Shown: positions 63,201-64,000 of the stretch, piece by piece | Position numbering within the stretch: the first letter of the stretch is position 1 | How the letters are laid out: each line of letters begins with the position of its first letter | Source of the DNA: Phoronis australis | Lineage: Eukaryota; Animalia; Phoronida | DNA: 64,000 nt | Direction of reading: 5' to 3' | Assembly: GCA_002633005.1 (NCBI GenBank) | Contig: NMRA01000103.1 | Location: 837,612 to 901,611, forward strand | Program-made: the position numbers and the translations under genes | Notes under the pieces: model-generated | Databases searched by the model: none | Seen by the model: only the letters and a program-made list of their open reading frames with translations | What the model was told of the DNA's origin: nothing

Positions 63201-63969
63201 AAGTCTGTATAATTTGATTTTAGACTTTTACCAACTCGTTATTAATTGGATCACGTGACCGTGTCTTTTACGGAAAATTTAGCAAAAAAGAAAGATAGAG
63301 TGATATCAAAACAACGGTATCAATAACACAATCATTTTTTATTAGAGATTTCAATTATTATCACTTTGTTTTCGTTTTATGCAACCTTTGATTTTTTCGT
63401 AAAATCATTAGTCATGTTTTTGATTCCCCTCCACGCAGAACTGGAACACGTCAAAAAGAAGAACAACGCTTTGGAGGACAGTGCATAACGAAAAGAATCT
63501 CAACCAACAACCATTCCTCTCGTAAATTAGAAGAGATGTCTGAATTTGCAAAGAAGTGCCAGTTAAATGTAGTTACGGACCACACTCAGCAAGTTGCATC
63601 GAACTGCCTCGTCGTTTTATGTACCGAGGATGCTCTCAAACAAAATTTGACGCCATTTTTCCCAAACCCAGAAATCACTTCTAGCGTAAATAAAGAACAA
63701 AATTGAGACTAGTTTTACAACACAGTATTTGGCTGCAATCAAAAGTTGCTTCCTGACAGAAGGCGGATTACAGCCGCCCTTTAATGTTCACCATATAAAT
63801 TCTTCCCTACATAGCGCACCTGCAGTTGTTCCATAGGTGTGATCATTGGACGGTCCAGTTCCCGATGAGCCAGTACCACCCGCTCGTTGTGTCCAATCAA
63901 AATCATCAGTGGTGTCCTGCTTGTAACCGCACAGCTTGGGGTCTTCAAAAGTGCACTTGAATGTGGACA
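26..63969 (-). CDS. MALRD1: Internal part of a giant multi-exon MAM and LDL-receptor class A domain-containing protein gene (MALRD1/MLRP-like; symbol is family-level, orthology not shown). 76 exons, 25 MAM + 3 LDLa, ~4,390 aa in window; 5' and 3' ends outside window
   Basis: Repeated MAM motifs (CxFE..C.W....DDFDW...TGP..DHT; GxYxYxE; CxxFWYHMYG; W...G.QG..W; VFEG....GDIAIDD...C) and three LDLa modules (CDF..DC.DGSDE..C). All exons are flanked by GT/AG and join with compatible phases and no internal stop. Confidence 0.93.
2418..2558 (-). CDS. Exon E75, MAM25 N-term
   Basis: [22 protein letters not shown]...[12 protein letters not shown]; phase 1-1. Confidence 0.9.
3201..3300 (-). CDS. Exon E74, MAM24 C-term
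   Basis: [33 protein letters not shown]; phase 0-1; not in ORF track. Confidence 0.88.
3799..3873. mobile_element. Eroded copy of palindromic family B
   Basis: ttttgagaaataatttgatgttattcagtggagaaaactgattcacaaaatgtgggg matches the 46651-46749 core. Confidence 0.6.
4140..4715. repeat. Degenerate intronic tandem repeat (~45-60 bp units)
   Basis: Recurring ccattatttcac/atgcaaaa...tgtgtaaactgtgcaagatcc motifs, about 10 eroded copies. Confidence 0.75.
4721..4821 (-). CDS. Exon E73, MAM24
   Basis: [34 protein letters not shown]; phase 1-0. Confidence 0.88.
5288..5446 (-). CDS. Exon E72, MAM24
   Basis: [22 protein letters not shown]...[22 protein letters not shown]; phase 1-1. Confidence 0.9.
5480..5800. 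repeat. AT-rich low-complexity (ATA/ATC)n-like tract
   Basis: Degenerate trinucleotide periodicity (ataat, atcat, attat). Confidence 0.65.
5978..6333. repeat. Minisatellite, 29-bp unit, ~12 copies
   Basis: gtacagtgatactgttgtagctatc(a/g)ga(t/a) repeated head-to-tail with few substitutions and no spacers. Confidence 0.96.
6579..6731 (-). CDS. Exon E71, MAM24 N-term
   Basis: [26 protein letters not shown]...[12 protein letters not shown]; phase 1-1. Confidence 0.88.
8098..8248 (-). CDS. Exon E70, MAM23 C-term + Thr/Pro linker
   Basis: [50 protein letters not shown]; phase 0-1. Confidence 0.86.
8691..8818 (-). CDS. Exon E69, MAM23
   Basis: [42 protein letters not shown]; phase 1-0. Confidence 0.88.
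9663..9785 (-). CDS. Exon E68, MAM23
   Basis: [41 protein letters not shown]; phase 1-1. Confidence 0.88.
10127..10358 (-). CDS. Exon E67, MAM22 C-term + MAM23 N-term
   Basis: [19 protein letters not shown]...[15 protein letters not shown]...DHTTNSDQ; phase 0-1. Confidence 0.9.
10991..11256 (-). CDS. Exon E66, MAM22 middle
   Basis: [11 protein letters not shown]...[10 protein letters not shown]...QRPSKWQ; phase 1-0. Confidence 0.9.
11605..11705. mobile_element. ~100-bp palindromic MITE-like element (family B)
   Basis: Inverted arms cccgtgttttgagaaccagttt / aaactggttctcaaaatatggg; core shared with copies at ~3800, 13617, 33565 and 46651. Confidence 0.7.
11776..11919 (-). CDS. Exon E65, MAM22 N-term
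   Basis: [26 protein letters not shown]...[12 protein letters not shown]; phase 1-1. Confidence 0.88.
12698..12788 (-). CDS. Exon E64, MAM21 C-term
   Basis: [30 protein letters not shown]; phase 0-1. Confidence 0.88.
12882..13156 (+). mobile_element. Dispersed foldback-type repeat (family A) ending in an 81-bp hairpin (13076-13156)
   Basis: Reverse-complement similarity to 40425-40705; internal palindrome actattgtgttcatattagcaaac..taactgttggatga / tcatccaacagttagtttgctagtataaacacaatagt. Confidence 0.72.
13302..13561 (-). CDS. Exon E63, MAM21 middle
   Basis: [18 protein letters not shown]...[16 protein letters not shown]...QLRFQ; phase 1-0. Confidence 0.9.
13617..13670. mobile_element. Half copy of palindromic family B
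   Basis: cagtctaatataacgtgcccgtattttgagaatcagtttgatgcctgttattcag matches the left arm of 46651-46749. Confidence 0.6.
13810..13963. repeat. (TCA/TTA)n microsatellite followed by ~3 copies of a 37-bp repeat
   Basis: ttgtaaatattttatcaccagaatcattattattaac repeated from ~13864. Confidence 0.85.
14058..14192 (-). CDS. Exon E62, MAM21 N-term
   Basis: [22 protein letters not shown]...[10 protein letters not shown]; phase 1-1. Confidence 0.9.
14611..14725 (-). CDS. Exon E61, MAM20 C-term
   Basis: [38 protein letters not shown]; phase 0-1. Confidence 0.85.
15255..15388 (-). CDS. Exon E60, MAM20
   Basis: [45 protein letters not shown]; phase 1-0. Confidence 0.88.
15999..16256 (-). CDS. Exon E59, MAM20 N-term/middle
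   Basis: [22 protein letters not shown]...[12 protein letters not shown]...[14 protein letters not shown]; phase 1-1. Confidence 0.9.
16342..16386. repeat. (GGGA)n/(GA)n purine microsatellite abutting an N
   Basis: agagagagggagggagggaggtagagagggagggagggagggag then n at 16386. Confidence 0.85.
17177..17332 (-). CDS. Exon E58, Thr/Pro linker + LDLa module 3
   Basis: [52 protein letters not shown] (6 Cys); phase 1-1. Confidence 0.9.
17641..17731 (-). CDS. Exon E57, MAM19 C-term
   Basis: [30 protein letters not shown]; phase 0-1. Confidence 0.88.
18604..18768 (-). CDS. Exon E56, MAM19
   Basis: [21 protein letters not shown]...[25 protein letters not shown]; phase 0-0. Confidence 0.88.
19057..19708. 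repeat. Minisatellite, 35-bp unit, ~18 copies, N at 19513
   Basis: atatggggcacaggttgtggtataccttctacaca head-to-tail; near-identical before the N, more diverged after. Confidence 0.97.
20648..20763 (-). CDS. Exon E55, MAM19
   Basis: [39 protein letters not shown]; phase 1-0. Confidence 0.86.
21095..21244 (-). CDS. Exon E54, MAM19 N-term
   Basis: [25 protein letters not shown]...[12 protein letters not shown]; phase 1-1; acceptor ambiguous (in-frame alternative gives boundary 21232). Confidence 0.82.
21817..21936 (-). CDS. Exon E53, LDLa module 2 (canonical)
   Basis: [39 protein letters not shown]; phase 1-1. Confidence 0.92.
22611..22695 (-). CDS. Exon E52, MAM18 C-term
   Basis: [28 protein letters not shown]; phase 0-1. 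Confidence 0.88.
22780..23210 (+). mobile_element. Old dispersed repeat family C (probable non-autonomous DNA transposon relic)
   Basis: Shares aagtcctatttt..tagcccctcgcgcaaaagtgga...tgcataaagcatagta with 25445-25558, the reverse complement of 50330-50625, and 56300-56710. Confidence 0.6.
23393..23655 (-). CDS. Exon E51, MAM18 middle
   Basis: [11 protein letters not shown]...[18 protein letters not shown]...SAPFQ; phase 1-0. Confidence 0.9.
24191..24331 (-). CDS. Exon E50, MAM18 N-term
   Basis: [23 protein letters not shown]...[12 protein letters not shown]; phase 1-1. Confidence 0.86.
   Translation of the reverse strand: MPVILRWVSASGLTCHSTMPMLGSWEAMVRPPATPVLPTITHSDHP
24988..25107 (-). CDS. 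Exon E49, atypical 4-Cys LDLa module 1
   Basis: [39 protein letters not shown]; phase 1-1. Confidence 0.86.
25778..25868 (-). CDS. Exon E48, MAM17 C-term
   Basis: [30 protein letters not shown]; phase 0-1. Confidence 0.87.
26575..26846 (-). CDS. Exon E47, MAM17 middle
   Basis: [18 protein letters not shown]...[10 protein letters not shown]...QYDNYE; phase 1-0. Confidence 0.9.
27397..27534 (-). CDS. Exon E46, MAM17 N-term
   Basis: [22 protein letters not shown]...[12 protein letters not shown]; phase 1-1. Confidence 0.88.
28486..28833 (-). CDS. Exon E45, MAM16 middle + C-term
   Basis: [22 protein letters not shown]...[10 protein letters not shown]...[18 protein letters not shown]...CKPV; phase 1-1. 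Confidence 0.92.
29252..29389 (-). CDS. Exon E44, MAM16 N-term
   Basis: [21 protein letters not shown]...[12 protein letters not shown]; phase 1-1. Confidence 0.87.
29717..29807 (-). CDS. Exon E43, MAM15 C-term
   Basis: [30 protein letters not shown]; phase 0-1. Confidence 0.88.
30025..30278 (-). CDS. Exon E42, MAM15 middle
   Basis: [22 protein letters not shown]...[16 protein letters not shown]...QPNSQ; phase 1-0. Confidence 0.9.
30505..30648 (-). CDS. Exon E41, MAM15 N-term
   Basis: [24 protein letters not shown]...[11 protein letters not shown]; phase 1-1. Confidence 0.88.
30878..31138 (-). CDS. Exon E40, MAM14 C-half + Thr/Pro linker
   Basis: [12 protein letters not shown]...[18 protein letters not shown]...[18 protein letters not shown]; phase 1-1. 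Confidence 0.88.
31643..32000 (-). CDS. Exon E39, MAM13 C-term + MAM14 N-half
   Basis: [19 protein letters not shown]...CDFEEGFCG...[11 protein letters not shown]; phase 0-1. Confidence 0.92.
32020..32087. repeat. Short direct duplication (29-bp core, 39-bp period)
   Basis: attcaa(g/t)aaatcaaatcacaagaatgttg occurs twice. Confidence 0.8.
32382..32641 (-). CDS. Exon E38, MAM13 middle
   Basis: [23 protein letters not shown]...[10 protein letters not shown]...RLLRYT; phase 1-0. Confidence 0.9.
33195..33332 (-). CDS. Exon E37, MAM13 N-term
   Basis: [21 protein letters not shown]...[12 protein letters not shown]; phase 1-1. Confidence 0.9.
34590..34680 (-). CDS. Exon E36, MAM12 C-term
   Basis: [30 protein letters not shown]; phase 0-1. 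Confidence 0.88.
35265..35524 (-). CDS. Exon E35, MAM12 middle
   Basis: [18 protein letters not shown]...[14 protein letters not shown]...VYDYQ; phase 1-0. Confidence 0.9.
36101..36241 (-). CDS. Exon E34 copy b, MAM12 N-term (duplicated copy)
   Basis: [25 protein letters not shown]...GPISDHSGF; same peptide as 36978-37118; phase 1-1. Confidence 0.7.
36978..37118 (-). CDS. Exon E34 copy a, MAM12 N-term
   Basis: [25 protein letters not shown]...GPISDHSGF; phase 1-1. Confidence 0.75.
37357..37474 (-). CDS. Exon E33, MAM11 C-term + short linker
   Basis: [39 protein letters not shown]; phase 0-1. Confidence 0.87.
37605..37888 (-). CDS. Exon E32, MAM11 middle
   Basis: [16 protein letters not shown]...[10 protein letters not shown]...TQVPYQ; phase 1-0. 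Confidence 0.9.
38337..38474 (-). CDS. Exon E31, MAM11 N-term
   Basis: [22 protein letters not shown]...[12 protein letters not shown]; phase 1-1. Confidence 0.9.
39113..39314 (-). CDS. Exon E30, MAM10 C-half
   Basis: [23 protein letters not shown]...[19 protein letters not shown]...CNKP; phase 0-1. Confidence 0.9.
40117..40283 (-). CDS. Exon E29, MAM10 middle
   Basis: [22 protein letters not shown]...[10 protein letters not shown]...GASQ; phase 1-0. Confidence 0.9.
40425..40705 (-). mobile_element. Dispersed repeat family A, second copy
   Basis: Reverse complement shares ggtgaaaattca.gccaaaacc, ccattcc.tgccaacac, aaggattacat...gtgaccaagcag and tattgtgttc.tattagcaaact with 12882-13105. Confidence 0.72.
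40915..41218. repeat. Diverged tandem repeat, ~89-bp unit, ~3.5 copies
   Basis: tctat.ttctgagccc...cagact.ctg...acactca.gtga...gcacatttaga recurs at ~40960, 41050 and 41138. Confidence 0.85.
41284..41427 (-). CDS. Exon E28, MAM10 N-term
   Basis: [23 protein letters not shown]...[12 protein letters not shown]; phase 1-1. Confidence 0.9.
41993..42083 (-). CDS. Exon E27, MAM9 C-term
   Basis: [30 protein letters not shown]; phase 0-1. Confidence 0.88.
42385..42407 (-). mobile_element. Solitary Tc1/mariner-type terminal inverted repeat remnant
   Basis: Reverse complement TA-CAGGGTGTCCCAAAA, a typical mariner-like terminus; related gggtgtctcaaaaa...tttttggagcacc pair at ~62671-62743. Confidence 0.4.
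42510..42781 (-). CDS. Exon E26, MAM9 middle
   Basis: [18 protein letters not shown]...[16 protein letters not shown]...NPNYQ; phase 1-0. Confidence 0.9.
43550..43693 (-). CDS. Exon E25, MAM9 N-term
   Basis: [25 protein letters not shown]...[10 protein letters not shown]; phase 1-1. Confidence 0.86.
44106..44192 (-). CDS. Exon E24, Thr/Pro/Gly-rich linker
   Basis: [28 protein letters not shown]; GC-rich island with ttttcag acceptor and gtgagt donor; phase 1-1. Confidence 0.8.
45011..45095 (-). CDS. Exon E23, MAM8 C-term
   Basis: [28 protein letters not shown]; phase 0-1. Confidence 0.87.
45846..46126 (-). CDS. Exon E22, MAM8 middle
   Basis: [16 protein letters not shown]...[10 protein letters not shown]...GQMYR; phase 1-0. 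Confidence 0.9.
46651..46749. mobile_element. 99-bp MITE-like element with ~38-bp terminal inverted repeats (family B)
   Basis: tagtcggatataatgtgcccacattttgagaaccagtt ... aactggttctcaaaatgcgtgtactttatatccgacta; TA at both ends. Confidence 0.78.
47130..47328 (-). mobile_element. tRNA-derived SINE, older copy
   Basis: Reverse complement cagtgtggctcagtggttt...ttgggagacccgggctcaaat...gggagtgattgagaacctggat aligns to 61613-61810. Confidence 0.78.
47371..47508 (-). CDS. Exon E21, MAM8 N-term
   Basis: [22 protein letters not shown]...[12 protein letters not shown]; phase 1-1. Confidence 0.88.
48065..48191 (-). CDS. Exon E20, MAM7 C-term
   Basis: [42 protein letters not shown]; phase 0-1. Confidence 0.87.
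48499..48719 (-). CDS. Exon E19, MAM7 middle
   Basis: [11 protein letters not shown]...[10 protein letters not shown]...GNQGNNWFQ; phase 1-0. Confidence 0.9.
49198..49341 (-). CDS. Exon E18, MAM7 N-term
   Basis: [23 protein letters not shown]...[12 protein letters not shown]; phase 1-1. Confidence 0.9.
49880..49976 (-). CDS. Exon E17, MAM6 C-term
   Basis: [32 protein letters not shown]; phase 0-1. Confidence 0.88.
50330..50625 (-). mobile_element. Dispersed repeat family C copy
   Basis: Reverse complement reads ...tttgatataaaattttcaagatg...gtcctgttcttggatagcccctcgtgcaaaaatgga..., matching 22930-23100. Confidence 0.6.
50709..50971 (-). CDS. Exon E16, MAM6 middle
   Basis: [18 protein letters not shown]...[16 protein letters not shown]...KQPFQ; phase 1-0. 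Confidence 0.9.
51741..51884 (-). CDS. Exon E15, MAM6 N-term
   Basis: [25 protein letters not shown]...[10 protein letters not shown]; phase 1-1. Confidence 0.9.
52713..52814 (-). CDS. Exon E14, Thr/Pro-rich linker
   Basis: [15 protein letters not shown]...VVTTPSTTA; phase 1-1, gtgagt donor. Confidence 0.83.
53473..53829 (-). CDS. Exon E13, MAM5 middle + C-term
   Basis: [23 protein letters not shown]...[10 protein letters not shown]...[18 protein letters not shown]...DCS; phase 1-1. Confidence 0.9.
54127..54358 (-). CDS. Exon E12, MAM4 C-term + MAM5 N-term
   Basis: [19 protein letters not shown]...[16 protein letters not shown]...DHTKGDGN; phase 0-1. Confidence 0.9.
54868..55127 (-). CDS. 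Exon E11, MAM4 middle
   Basis: [23 protein letters not shown]...[10 protein letters not shown]...KQPFQ; phase 1-0. Confidence 0.9.
55516..55659 (-). CDS. Exon E10, MAM4 N-term
   Basis: [23 protein letters not shown]...[12 protein letters not shown]; phase 1-1. Confidence 0.88.
56300..56710 (+). mobile_element. Dispersed repeat family C copy
   Basis: aaaactgtagaattt...ggtcacgtaac...aagtcctatttttg...tggagattttcgtag, colinear with 22780-23205; similar segments at 24490-24895 and 63195-63330. Confidence 0.5.
56754..56949 (-). CDS. Exon E9, MAM3 C-half
   Basis: [20 protein letters not shown]...[19 protein letters not shown]...CQGA; phase 0-1. Confidence 0.88.
58175..58335 (-). CDS. Exon E8, MAM3 middle
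   Basis: [18 protein letters not shown]...[21 protein letters not shown]; phase 1-0. Confidence 0.87.
58810..59025 (-). CDS. Exon E7, Thr/Pro linker + MAM3 N-term
   Basis: [39 protein letters not shown]...DHTKGT; phase 1-1. Confidence 0.88.
59382..59466 (-). CDS. Exon E6, MAM2 C-term
   Basis: [28 protein letters not shown]; phase 0-1. Confidence 0.85.
59679..59821 (-). CDS. Exon E5, MAM2
   Basis: [48 protein letters not shown]; phase 1-0. Confidence 0.86.
60729..60863 (-). CDS. Exon E4, MAM2
   Basis: [45 protein letters not shown]; phase 1-1. Confidence 0.85.
61327..61561 (-). CDS. Exon E3, MAM1 C-term + MAM2 N-term
   Basis: [19 protein letters not shown]...[16 protein letters not shown]...DHTKGDTS; phase 0-1. 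Confidence 0.9.
61613..61810 (+). mobile_element. tRNA-derived SINE
   Basis: Pol III A-box-like gaggctcagtgg and B-box ggttcgaatcc (61661-61671), followed by a non-tRNA body shared with 47130-47328. Confidence 0.82.
61893..62052. mobile_element. Imperfect palindromic MITE-like element
   Basis: Left cgttcagcag...ggacctagctaaaa is inverted relative to right ttttagcgaggtcc...ctgaacg; internal 12-bp duplication acgctaggacct. Confidence 0.55.
62817..63073 (-). CDS. Exon E2, MAM1 middle
   Basis: [23 protein letters not shown]...[10 protein letters not shown]...PATWQ; phase 1-0. Confidence 0.9.
63820..63969 (-). CDS. Exon E1 (first in window), MAM1 N-term
   Basis: [25 protein letters not shown]...[12 protein letters not shown]; phase 1-1. 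Confidence 0.87.
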
Positions 63970-64000
63970 CTACAGGAAAAATTCGAAACCTGACCAATGG

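Noticed and set aside
26-63969. Cluster of many separate small MAM genes or pseudogenes
   Set aside because: All exons join in compatible phase with no stop, start or signal peptide between them, which fits one gene.

Overview
Eukaryotic (metazoan, probably marine invertebrate) genomic DNA with AT-rich introns and GC-richer exons. The whole 64 kb lies inside one very large minus-strand gene whose start and stop are outside the window. By hand I traced 76 GT-AG exons (E1 at 63820-63969 to E76 at 26-282) that splice in frame with no stop codons. They total about 13,160 nt, or about 4,390 aa. The protein belongs to the MAM and LDL-receptor class A domain-containing (MALRD1/MLRP-like) family, with 25 MAM domains (the last incomplete) and 3 LDLa modules. 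The MAM domains form a higher-order repeat of A-B-C triplets, mostly separated by Thr/Pro-rich linkers. One LDLa-MAM-LDLa-MAM-LDLa-MAM cassette interrupts this array. That cassette contains an LDLa module missing its Cys1-Cys3 disulfide pair and a MAM domain with an unpaired fifth cysteine. One exon appears twice, in an ~880-bp tandem duplication across a single N, most likely an allelic assembly artefact. The introns hold minisatellites (29, 35, 37 and ~89 bp units), two copies of a tRNA-derived SINE, several MITE/foldback repeat families and many same-strand CTCF-like motifs. Nearly all other ORFs in the track are exon shadows or repeat artefacts. I found no prokaryotic systems, CRISPR arrays or RNA genes. 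Exon coordinates were read manually.
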